This document shows positions 1 to 11,870 of a stretch of 64,000 bases of DNA, in pieces; the stretch's first letter is position 1; each line of letters starts with the position of its first letter. Source of the DNA: Haliotis rubra (lineage: Eukaryota). A model generated the notes under the pieces. It had not been told where the DNA came from and searched no databases. It worked only from the letters and a program-made list of their open reading frames with translations. The DNA is taken from NCBI RefSeq assembly GCF_003918875.1, contig NW_025766625.1, positions 868,001 through 932,000 on the forward strand, given 5' to 3'. The translations under genes were made by a program, and so were the position numbers.

Positions 1-784
1 GAAATATTCTCAAGCACGACGTTAAAACCCAATTTCACCTCACCTCACCCAAATGGAAGTTGGGCATAAAGTGACAATTTTGAGGTTTTGGCACTTAACC
101 TGTTTCCAGGTGTATATCTTGACTATCTCGTAGATTCGGGCACATCCACTGTGTCTAACATTGATTAATACATTCATTTCCTCGACTATGTATTTATGAA
201 CAATCAATAATTCAGTCTAGAATCTACCATATGAATCATCCAATTCAATTACATGCATATTTCAGGTGACTGCATCATGAATTTATCCTGACCGCGTACT
301 ACGATTATTGGTTTTATTCAAATCAAAGCGTCAATACCTTGATATTTTCATGTGTGATCCTCTGTCTAGGAACACAACCATAACATTGTTAACCATAAAT
401 GTAAAACATTATACATTTAGAAATATTTAGAACGGACAAATATGTATGTTATTGTTGAGGAATAAAAATAAAAATGATAAATAATATCTTAAACGTGGAA
501 TATGAGACATTTACATTCAGATGTTATGCAAGTATATATTGCGGAAACTCATAAAACCTAATTAAAACATGCAATATTTATTGGCGAGGATTGCACTTAC
601 TATATGAACGTGGCTACGAATACGATTGCCATGCACTACAAGTACGCACTGTCTTCAACAAGAGTGACCGAATATTGCTTAAAGCCGCATCAGCATCATG
701 TTCAATTTGTTTGAATAAATAAAGATAATGAAACTTTGTTGTACCACGTACTCTTGATTTGTCCAAAATACCGAAATTTATTAC

Positions 785-1145
785 CTACGAGGGCAAAATA
801 TCGGGGTTAATATTATTCATACGATGCCCTGGGACAAAATATCACTTTGTCATGGTGACGTGACGTCATGAACAATGCTATGACGTCACGTTTCTTCTGT
901 GACGTTGCGTTCTACATGCGGCGACGGCGGGTGGCCAGCCTATGTGTGAAAGTAGATTTGGGTTTATTTTCCATAATTTCACGACTTCGGTAATAGACAG
1001 AATATTATATTCGTGCCAATATCACACTATGTTTACGACACTCGTGCCTAAATATCGCTATATCGCTCGCTCTCGCTCGGGAAATACCAACATTTAGGCA
1101 CTCGTGTAGTATGACATGGGCACTCATATAATATCCTCTATATAC
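785..1145. mobile_element. Probable non-autonomous DNA element remnant (MITE/Crypton-like) with subterminal hairpin
   Basis: Inverted repeat GTGCCTAAATATCG / CAACATTTAGGCAC (~1044-1101) around a CGCTCGCTCTCGCTCG loop, repeated CACTCGTG motifs, CpG-rich TGACGTCA block, and an AATATCCTCTATATA end. Family assignment is tentative. Confidence 0.4.
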
Positions 1146-1870
1146 GTAAACAATATTTAAAGTAATACCCTGTTGGAAAATACAAGTATGTTTAAGTTTA
1201 TTAAACTGTTAAAATGTGAAAACAGTTTTGAAGCATTTAAAGCTGCAAAGTGTATTTATCATATCTTAGATGAAAGAAACAAAGTTGAATTTTTGGGATA
1301 TTTTGCATACATACATCCTCACCCTTGGGCAATAATATTACTATGATTGTTGTCTATATATGTACCTCGCCATGTGCACATGCAAATATTTCATTTAGTT
1401 GAAATGTATTGGTTCTTGACCTAATATATCTTGACTCTTGACTCTTATATGATAGATTGAATCTTAGTCAGTACATATTATCCAGTCTTTATGGTGACAT
1501 AGGTAAGTATATTTTTCACAATAACCTTTAAACATTAACAGAATGTGATAGCGTCATTTTCTAAAGAAGTACCAAGTTTGGACATTTTCATGTCAATCAG
1601 TGGTCATGTGATACGCAGGTTCATGTGTTGTACAATTTGATATTTTTGTTTGTTTCAAAGATGTTTCACATTAAACTCATTTCAGCTAATATTTCAAATC
1701 CCCAAAGTCAAATTAACCACAAGAAGTACGAAAAGAAAACGAGTTCCCATATCTAATTAGATATACAATTGCTTCAAGGCCTTCCCAAAATGAATCTCAA
1801 ATGTAGATCAGACGGTATCAGTTACATGTATTTGCACACAACCTTATTCTGTATATAGATCGTTACTCAC

Positions 1871-2011
1871 CCTGTGTGATGTGCAGCTTCGACGTGGGTG
1901 TACGTGTTTCGGATGACGAAGTCGTTCTAATGCTGATTCACCATACGATGGACTTCAGTGGCTTTCCCTTCGGAAACATACACGCTTTCCTAAATACCTT
2001 TACTTTTTATA
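1871..2011 (-). promoter_or_regulatory. Candidate TATA promoter and non-coding first exon of a minus-strand gene
   Basis: Minus-strand TATAAAAA at 2011-2004, GC box at ~2059-2064, three CCAAT motifs at 2320-2339, local CpG enrichment, and a consensus donor CAGG|GTGAGT at 1871/1870. Confidence 0.4.
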
Positions 2012-2571
2012 CACAACAACTAAGCCGGCTAGGATGGAAGGCTCACGTAGCTGCCACAGGGCGGTGCAGATGTTGCCGTCGACGTGCTCCTCGCGAGAAC
2101 GCCAGCGGTATGGGGTCACTCACAGCCTTACAGCGTGCCGCAGTCCATTGCCGCTGCTATTCTGCGTTCACTATTGATGGCAAAAACAATTGTCACAGAT
2201 ACAATTGAGTTAGTTGGAAACAACGGGTTATGTCAAACGATAAGTTCCTTTTCCAGCTCTATCAAATGTCACTTCATATTCGTAATTAGTTCCAATACAT
2301 GTATGCCAGATGTACAATGATTGGATATTGGTAGATTGGCCGCATTGCTGGAGCATTAAAGTTGGCGGATTGCAAGAGTAATTAGTAATGGTGATGCTTG
2401 CTGTTCTTGATGACAGCGTCCCCTTAGGATACAGACATTTCGGCCACCCCATTGAGCATAGATCTCCTGAATGTTCATCTTGTACTGCATGATATCTACG
2501 TGATGTACTGATCTTAGTTAAATGCACCTTCTATGTTGCCAGTTGTGTTGGACATTTACCACTTGGGATCT

Positions 2572-2813
2572 ACACGTGAAGATCCGGTTTAGAACTGGTT
2601 TTCAGCAACCCATGCTTGTCGTTAGAGGCGACTGAAGGGATCGGGTGGTCAGGCTCGCCGACTTGGTTAGCACATGTCATCGTATTCACCTTGCGTAGAT
2701 CGATGCTCATGCTGCTGGGGTTGTCTGGACCAGATTCGTTTATTTACAAACCGGGGCCATATAACTGGAATATTGCTGAGTGCGGTGTTAACAACAAACA
2801 AAAAACAAAAAGA
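2572..2813 (+). mobile_element. SINE-like family B (structured 5' end), full-length copy
   Basis: Colinear with copies at 16460-16679, 33105-33342 and 41830-42079. Ends in the GGAATATTGCTGAGTGCGG.GTTAA tail plus an (AAAC)n tract. Confidence 0.85.
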
Positions 2814-2969
2814 CTTTAGAATTGGTACCCAGGACCCCGCGATCGTTGTATGGATTGTGTGGTGACGGTATCTAACGTGGTTCATGGCGTTGAGGTTGAT
2901 GTGTAGTCAATATGTACTCGATTTCTTTACAGGTCGCCCTATTATAGAAGAAAAATAAACAAATACATA

Positions 2970-3100
2970 NNNNNNNNNNNNNNNNNNNNNNNNNNNNNNN
3001 NNNNNNNNNNNNNNNNNNNNNNNNNNNNNNNNNNNNNNNNNNNNNNNNNNNNNNNNNNNNNNNNNNNNNNNNNNNNNNNNNNNNNNNNNNNNNNNNNNNN
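2970..3100. other. Assembly gap (N run)
   Basis: Run of N. Confidence 0.99.
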
Positions 3101-5245
3101 TATTTGAGCCATATTGTGACTTCATAAAACGATGATCGATTGAAATGGCAATGGAAGAGACGCACCAGAATCTATTGATTATGTTTATATGTTCAAATTG
3201 TCAAATTAATGAAAACGTTTCAGGGTGAGTAGAGAAAGGTTCTTCACAATTACGTCTTGCTGACAATTAACAGATTCCCACTCTATAAACATGTCTGGTC
3301 GAAGCTGTGGTACGTCAGAGATTATGAAATACGCAGGTCTGTTACAAAACAGCATTTATAAGGCGTAAAAACACCTAGCAGAATGCTTACGAATGTTAGT
3401 GGGATTACCACCTTACGTTACATTAATACATAGACAATAAAAAATATTGAGCTATTTGTGACCGAGATATATAAGTGAGGAGGTCTATTTTGTTGATTTA
3501 CCTTCGATTGCCTGACTTGAAGCACACTTTTATAGCGTCCCTGTTATGCCTACTTATCGAGTTATATTATGTAAAATGACATTTATTTTCATGTGAGTGC
3601 ATGTGATCATTGAGTATACTGATATTTGTTAAACGTCCACACCTGGCAGAGACAATGAGGTTGTAGGAAAGTAAAGGTACAAAATATGTTTGTGAATTAT
3701 GAGGATCTAAATAAAAGCGAACATGGTGTTCATATTTAGAGCAGTTTTCGATGAAGGGTTCTATTGAACATTACAGGAGATATCTTTCACCATCAGCACA
3801 ATCAGGTCATTATCGTTAACGGTATTTAATGTTATCTGTTTCTTAATGCCATATTTCCCCATATCGTGTTATATCTAGCTTTACCAAACTGGAACGTATA
3901 ACAGTGAAGCAAGGCAATTCCAGTCCATCGGGTTTTGCTCAAGTGTCTCCCAGTCTTTAAATAACGCTCGATGGCTTCCTTCATGGCTTATAAAACAACC
4001 ATTGTGCATCCAAAAACATCATGCAAACTCTCAATATCACAGTGACCAGACGGGTCTCAGACTGCATCTTTAAACACAAAGGAGGAGTATTGTATTGCTG
4101 TGTCTAATCACCTGCGGACCACTGGCTCCGGACAAGTGAGATTTATATAGAACAGTTACATTCGTGTAAATTCACTTTCCCCTTGTAGGGTTAAAAATTT
4201 TATGTAAACAATTTCATTTTCCTACCTACATTAATCTAAAGAACTGAACATTCTATGCTATAAAGTTTGATTATAAAAATTGTTAATTGTCGCGTGACGT
4301 AATTTTCGCGTCGCGTTTCTTGTTTGCGATGCCATACTGAACTAGTTCTAACCATCTTATATTCGTTGCTATTTGTAAATCAATGACGTCCGATGTATTG
4401 TTTTAAAGCAGACATTAAATAATTTGGGATTAGCTACGAGGTATATCCATTTTATATTATGAAAAACGTATTTAAGGATATCATTATTTTTAGAACCCTA
4501 CGGTCAGTTTAAATTCTCTCCTTTTCGGGCAGTTTATGACAAACCTCCGGCTTCTGCAATTAATAATACCATGAAAAACAAACCCACTCTTATAATATGA
4601 AACTCCAGTAGTTCTATTATCAAGCGTAACGTTATATTTCACGAGTGACCATAATTTGAAATATATATCAGGTCTAAACTTATCAATCTTCCTTTCCCAC
4701 TCCGACTGACAGATAGACAAACCAATGCAATAATACCTACACAAACAGGCAAAGGTTATCGTCGCTGGCAGAGGTTGTGTGCCCCTGGCGGATCATTACA
4801 AAACTACCGGAGGATATTGATGCAATAAATCGACGATATCAAGTGCAGGGTTATTCCCCCTGGGCCCAGAACTCTCCTGATTTGATAAATGAAAGAAATG
4901 CCAATCACGCCATCTTTGATTCTGGAAGTTTCGTTATGAATTAGATTAACTACGACATAGGTTCTGATGCAGGGCATTGAGGAGAGTGGATCTGGAGATT
5001 ATCTATTACATTTACTGTCCCTAGGTCAGTCGTATAGTAGAGCAACACTTTAGTGTGAAACTATACTGGACATTTGGAGTAGATGGTCAAAAGGGGCCCC
5101 ATCGGACGTGTCATATATATGGTGAAATAGGCCTGCACTGTTCGAGCTTGATGCTGTAGCGTAGTTACATATCTTGTCATTAGTGAATTGAATGTTTGGT
5201 GTTATTTGATATTGCATTATTTTGTAAATATGTTGTCATTGGTGA

Positions 5246-7552
5246 TTTGATATGTTATGCAGAAACATTGGATGAACTAGTTCTGAGATTAAGAATGATT
5301 TTTCAGAGGTGTAGAGACTACAATCTGAGGTTGAATAAATCAAAGCAGCATGGTTGTAAACTTGGACTAACAGAGATTGAAGTGTTAGGACATGTTGTAT
5401 CACCTTCAGGATTTAAGCCTAATCCAAAGAAAGTACAGGCAGTAGAATTAGCTTCCCCACCAACGAATGTGTCAGAACTTAGATCATTTCTTGGTACGTG
5501 CAACTATCTCATGAAGTTTGTGCCTAATTTTGAAGAATTATGTGAGCCATTGAGAAAGTTGACTAGAGCTAGTATTCCGTGGAAGTGGGATGCTCATGTT
5601 GATACTGCATTCAATACTTTGAAGAAAGCTATTAGTGAAAGTGCTTCTTTAGCATACTATTATTTGAATGCTACTACAGTTCTCATTACTGATGCTAGTC
5701 CAGTTGGTCTTGGGTCTATACTGTTACAAGAACAGTCAAGTGGTCCCATGAAACCGATAGCTTTTGCAAGTCGTTCTCTCACTGAAACAGAGAGGAAGTA
5801 TTCACAGATTGAACGTGAAGCGTTAGGATGTGTTTGGTCAGTTGAACATTTTCACAAATATCTGTTGGGTAGGAAGTTTGTTTTGTAAACTGATCATCGT
5901 CCTTTGATTCATATGTTGACTCAACAGAAAACTGTTCAGTTACCTCCACGCATTCAGAGATTTGCTTGGAGTGAGTGAGTGAGTGAGTTTAGTTTTGGAA
6001 TATTGCAATGGCGGCGGGGTATGATCCAGAGATTTGACATTGTTCATACCTGACATTGGAAAGGATTTGTAATATTACTGACGTTTTGTCTAGACAACCT
6101 TTGTCATCAAAGAAATCTGAAAATGTTGCAGATCTTTATGTTTAGGTCTGTGGTTGATACTTGTGTTTTGGATTTGAATTCAGTTTCACTGGTTGAGTTG
6201 AGAGATGCTACTTTGCATGATTCAGAGCTTGTAAAAGTAGGGAATTCAGTTGATTCTGGAATTTGGAATTGTGAAAGTGAATATTTTAGATACAAAGATG
6301 AACTCTCTATGTTTGAATCATTATTGTTGAGAGGAGAAAGAATAATTGTGCCAACGGTGTTGAGAAAGAAAATTCTGGACATTGCACATGAAACTCATCA
6401 AGGAATAGTCAGGACAAAACAGTTTCTACGAGCAAGATTCTTCTGGCCGAAGATGGATTCAGATGTTGAACATTTAATCAATAACTGTACATCATGTGTA
6501 TTGAATCAACCGCTCCAGGATGATACTCTGTTACAACCTGTTGAACCAGCGCCTGAAGTTTGGTCGAAGATTGCCATTGACATTGTAGGACCTATTGGAT
6601 CAGACTATTTATTAACTGTGATTGACTATTATTCGTCATATCCGTTCGCAGTTGTGATTAGAGACATTACATCATCTTCAGTGATTGAGAAGATTGAAAG
6701 GATATTTTCAGAGCATGGATTTCCTGAAAGCATTGTTACTGACAATGGCCGACAGTTTGTTAGTTCAAAGTTTTGTAAATATCTGAAGATGGCAGGTATT
6801 TCACACATCAGATCTTCACCATATTTTCCTAAAAGTAACCGGAAAATTGAACGTTTTCAGAGATACCTTAAGAAATCTTTCAGAACTGCAACCAGTGATG
6901 GAAAGGATTGGAAAGTACAACTTCCAAGAATTCTGCAAACTTACTGAGCTACAACTCATCGTTCAAGTGGAGAAACTCCAGCTATGTTATTTCTTAACAG
7001 GGACATTAAGACAAAATTACCTGTGTTGAAATCTACAAAGGTTGATCCTTTATTATCTATGAAATTGGAGTATGCAGAGAAAATAAAGACCTATGCTGAC
7101 GAGAAACGTTATGTGAAACATCATACATTTGATGTGGGCGATATTGTGTACGTAGCAAACATTGTGCGTGGAAAGTTAGAACCGACATTCAACAATGTGA
7201 GACATGTTATCTTGCATAAGAAACAGAAAGACTGTTACCAGATTGTTAATTGCAATACTGGAGTGATCACTGTCAGAAATGTGAATATCTGACATACGTC
7301 CCATGTATGGAAAGTTATTCAGAGATATTAGAAGAAACCATCCAGGAACTGGTGCCTCGAGCTCCGAATATACATGTTTCACTACCTGCTCCAGAGCAAC
7401 CTAACCCTGTTGACACTGGACTTGGTGAGACAGAACATTCAGATGTTGGTCCAGAAGTACCAATATCGAACGATCTTCAGGTTAGAGAACCACGACGTTC
7501 GCAGAGAATCAGAAAACAACCTGAACAATTTCACGACTATGTCTTGAAATGA
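5246..7552 (+). mobile_element. pol: Ty3/Gypsy LTR-retrotransposon pol fragment (RT C-terminal half, RNase H, integrase), pseudogenised
   Basis: RT thumb LGHVVS...ELRSFLGTCNY; RNase H TDASPVGLG...FASRSLTETERKYSQIEREALGCVW...(stop)TDHRPL; integrase HHCC (HETHQG...CTSC); DDE core IDIVGP / TDNGRQF / SNRKIERF; C-terminal RRSQRIRKQP. Domain order is RT-RH-INT. In-frame stops at 5886-5888 and 6945-6947, with frameshifts near 6000-6120 and ~7290. Confidence 0.95.
5970..6020 (-). mobile_element. SINE 3'-tail fragment inserted in Gypsy RNase H
   Basis: (GAGT)n-TTAGTTTT...AATATT...ATGGCGGCGG interrupts the reading RIQRFAW...FDIVH. Confidence 0.6.
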
Positions 7553-7671
7553 ACTTTGAATTGTCAGCGAATATATCTGAGTGACTGAAAACATTGAGAA
7601 CTAGTTTACTCTTAAACTTTCTGTATAATGTGTATATAATATATCAGGAAATCAATTCTTTGATATTAGGC

Positions 7672-7787
7672 TGGTGTTATTTGATATTGCATTATTTCGT
7701 AAATATCTTGTCACTGGTGAATTGAATGTTTGGTGTTATTTGATATTGCATTATTTCGTAAATATCTTGTCATTGGTGAATTGAATG
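7672..7787. repeat. 59-bp tandem repeat (2 copies), with a further ~1.3 copies at 5169-5245
   Basis: TGGTGTTATTTGATATTGCATTATTTCGTAAATATCTTGTCA.TGGTGAATTGAATG starts at 7672 and 7731. The same sequence occurs at 5169-5245. Confidence 0.9.
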
Positions 7788-9109
7788 AAAGTATGTTCAC
7801 TGTATCAAGAGTAAACAAATATATATTAATACAACATTTATTGATAAGCTCTACAAATGTTATATATTTTTATATTAACATTTTACAGTTGTTGAGAGAA
7901 TGATCAGAACCAACTCGTTTGTGAGGCGTGTGAATGATTAAACATGGGAGGAATGTAGCGTAGTATATTATACATCATGTGATGTAATGTGATGTAGTGC
8001 GCATTTGCGTGGCGTACCGGATGCTCTGGCACTCGGGAAGTAAAAGGCTTATCGTAAACACTTAGTTGTGTCGTCTCTCCTCCTGGGAACAGCAAGTCAT
8101 GCAGTGAAGGACCCATAGAACACTACAGAAGCTAATTGATCAATTAACGAGTTCGTCTTTGTGCGAGTTTTCGTTTTGTCCCTTCAGTAAAATTGTTATT
8201 CAGTTTATCTGTTATTTTCATATCAAATGTGTGCTTATTTATATGTTATTTAATGGTCCGTGTGAAAGTCCGGTAACTAGTTGTCTGGACCACGTGCTTT
8301 GTGTACATGTACCTCACCGACAAGTGTAAGTTGACAAGGCTCTCATGACCGAAAACTATGAATATACAGAACCTTTTAGAAAGTGGTCAAATGTAACAAA
8401 TATACACATTGGTCATTTGCATATACACACAGGTACATATGATCAGCAATAAAAAGCACAGAATGATCCATTTAGTGGCATACAATCCAGGTCTTATAAG
8501 CTGAAATGATTGAATCTCAATCTCAAACAAACCAACCTGGTGACACATAGAAATCGTTCTTAAATCGGTATACGATACATCATAACACATGACATTTTCT
8601 GTTAGGGTACAAAAACGCCCAACCTAAGAAGTGAAGAACTTATGACATTGTTCAACATCGGGATCAAAGAACAGTTTTTCTTAATGACTACATGCCATCG
8701 TTGACGAAGGCAGTATCGATGGACATTCAGTACGGTATTTACTCAACTTACTGACACCAGTGACACGCTTCTTAATGACATCTTCTTAATTATCTTAATA
8801 ATAAAGGATAGCACATGGAAGAAGGTGACATGGGCATACCGTCCTGCTTGAACGATACTTGTCTGTAAAATTATCAATATCACAAATGAAAACTATTTGA
8901 TAAACGAATATACTCAAAGAGATCATGTAAGGATTCCGATATACGTGACGCTATGGAAACTAGAAACACATCATTTCATGTGCAGATGGGTGTTGTTGTA
9001 ATAGCCAGATGTTAAAGGGCAGGTACACGTTTTACTGACAAGATGGCCAGTGATGAAATGAAATGTTTTTACACCATGACGTTAGAGTGAGTTTCTTCAA
9101 AGGGTCACT

Positions 9110-9708
9110 ATTAATGTCCACTTGTATGGCGCCGTTTCCACACACTAGTGTATGCTCATGTGTAAAGCTTAAAAACTGCAGCAATTGTACAAGTCATTCG
9201 TAATATTTCCTGAAAAGATGGGTCTTCAATGAAGATTTGAATAAGTCAAGAGATTTTGCTGTTTTGATGGTTATGGGAAGACTGTTCCACAGTGAAGGAG
9301 CAGCATAGCTGAATGATCTGTGACCATAGTTCTTGAGATTGACAGGGGGTGTTGGTAGGAGGAACTGTTGGTGTGATCTCAGCTGTCGTGGTGGTATGTA
9401 CACTGAGATGAGTTCAGAGAGGTACTGAGGCGCTAGGTCATGTAGACATTGGAACACAATGGTCAAGATCTTGAATTCGATTCTGGCTTGGATGGGCAAC
9501 CAGTGAAGAGACTTTAGGACAGGGGTTATGTGAGATCTTTTAGATGTTAGGGATACAATGCGGGCTGCAACGTTTTGGATTTTCTGGAGTTTTGTCAAGT
9601 GTGCAGAGCTGAGTCCAAACAGAATGCTGTTTGAATAGTCCAGTCTAGATAGAACGAGAGACCTGACGAGAGTATGGGCTGCATCTGTTGTTAAATTATG
9701 ACGAATGT
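9110..9708 (-). mobile_element. 5'-truncated LINE (L2/CR1 group): ORF2 C-terminus plus 3' UTR
   Basis: Minus frame reads IRHNLTTDAAHTLVRSLVLSRLDYSNSILFGL...KLQKIQNVAARIV...HITPVLKSLHWLPIQARIEFKIL...RSFSYAAPSLWNSLP...FKSSLKTHLF, with stop at 9194-9196. It is followed by a short 3' UTR with a GAGCA-hairpin-TGGA..GGCGC motif. Confidence 0.92.
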
Positions 9709-10164
9709 CACTAGCAGCGATATCAGCGAAGATTTATCTGTTGTGAGCATGTATGTTCAGCTATTTTCAGTAACACCATATCCAACAATTACCAGTGTAA
9801 CACAAGCGTGTGGAAAGCACAGACATAGTCACTTGACTTACAAACACCTACAATGTGCTACATACGGTGCACTCAATGACGGGAGGATTGGAAACTGAAA
9901 CCATTTCAACGTGGTGACAGGGAATCTAACTGTGTTTAAAGAGGTATATGTGTAACAAACGGGTTCATATGTACACATTGCAACAAATAGATTTTATGAT
10001 TGAATGTGTAAGGCAGACGTATATGATTGTACGTGTAACAAACCTAGCTGTTTGATGGTACATGTCAAGCAGGAAGAGTGTGTATGTGGGTGGTATATAT
10101 AACGCAAATACGTCTAGTAGGGTCAGATGGGTGTACATTAAACACATAGTGGTTTATATGCATG

Positions 10165-11870
10165 CATGGCATAAAGAGGTTTAATGCCCACGTAGCACAA
10201 AGGGGTCCATAGGCACGCATACCATAAAGAGGTTTAATATACACGTAGCACAAAGAGGTTCATAGGCACGCATACAATAAAGAGGTTTAATGTACACGTA
10301 GCACAAAGAGGTTCATAGGCACGCATACCATAAAGAGGTTTAATGCACACGGAGCAGAAAGAGGTTTATATCCACACGTAGCACAAAGAGGTTTAATGCA
10401 CAAGTAGCACAAAGAGGTTCATAGGCACGCATACCACAAAGAGGTTTAATGCACAAGTAGCACAAAGAGGTTCATAGGCACGCATACCATAAAGAGGTTT
10501 TTTTAATCCACACGTTGCACAAACAGGTCCATTTGAACATATAACATTAAGAGGTTTAATGGACTAAGAGGATCATAAGCACGCATACCATAAAGAGGTA
10601 TAATGCACACGGAGCAGAAAGAGGTTTATATCCACACGTAGCACAAAGAGGTAGCACACACCAGGTTTAAAGAGGGTTAATTACACAGTAAAAAGAGGTT
10701 CATAGGCACGCATACCATAAAGAGGTTTAATGTACACGTAGTAAAAAGGGGTTCATAGGCACGCATACCATAAAGAGGTTTAATGTACACGTAGCACAAA
10801 GAGGTTCATAAGCCCGCACACCATAAAGAGGGTTAATGTACACGTAGTAAAAAGAGGTCCATAAGCCCGCACACCATAAAGAGGTTTAATGTACACGTAG
10901 TAAAAAGAGGTTCATAGGCACGCATACCATAAAGAGGTTTAATGTACACGTAGCACAAAGAGGTTCATAGGCACGCATACCATAAAGAGGTTTAATGCAC
11001 ACGTAGCACAAAGAGGTTCATAGGCAAGCATACCATAAAGAGGTTTAATGTACATGTAGCAAAAAGAGGTTCATAGGCACGCATACCATAAAGAGGTTTA
11101 ATGTACACGTAGCACAAAAACGTTCATAGGCACGCATACCATGAAGAGGTTTAATGCGCACGTAGCACAGAGGTTCATAGGCAAGCATACCATAAAGAGG
11201 TTTAATGTACATGTAGCACAAAGAGGTTCATAGGCACGCATACCATCAAGAGGTTTAATATACACGTAACAGAAAGAGGTTCATAGGCAAGCATACCATA
11301 AAGAGGTTTAATATACACGTAACAGAAAGAGGTTCATAGGCAAGCATACCATAAAGAGGTTTAATGTACACGTAGCACAAAGAGGTTCATAGGCACGCAT
11401 ACCATAAAGAGGTTTAATGTACACGTAGCACAAAGAGGTTCATAGGAACGCATACCATAAAGAGGTTTAATGTACACGTAGCACAAAGAGGTTCATAGGA
11501 ACGCATACCATAAAGAGGTTTAATGCACAAGTAGCAGAAAGGGTTTAATGCACACGTTGCACAAAGAGGTCCATTTGAATACATATCATTAAGAGGTTTA
11601 ATGCACAAAGAGGTTCATAGGCACGCATGCCATAAAGCGGTTTAATGCACACGTAGCACAAAGAGGTTTATATCCACACGTAGCACAAAGAGGTTCATAA
11701 GCACGCTTACCATAAAGAGGTTTAATGCACACGGAGCAGAAAGAGGTTTCATGCACACGTTGCACAAAGAGGTTTAACGCACAAGCAGCAGAAAGAGGTT
11801 TAACGCACAAGCAGGAGAAAGCGGTTTAATGCACACGTAGCCAAAAGAGACTTATGTTCAAGTAGCACAA
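10165..11870. repeat. Minisatellite, 53-bp unit (dimer of 27+26-bp subunits)
   Basis: AAAGAGGTTCATAGGCACGCATACCAT + AAAGAGGTTTAATGTACACGTAGCAC; period 53 (e.g. 10251 to 10304). Diverged monomers at ~9945-10160 and ~12575-12735. Confidence 0.97.

Noticed and set aside
1876-2527. ORFs of 78-110 aa on both strands
   Set aside because: No recognisable domain; the motif content fits a promoter or UTR better.
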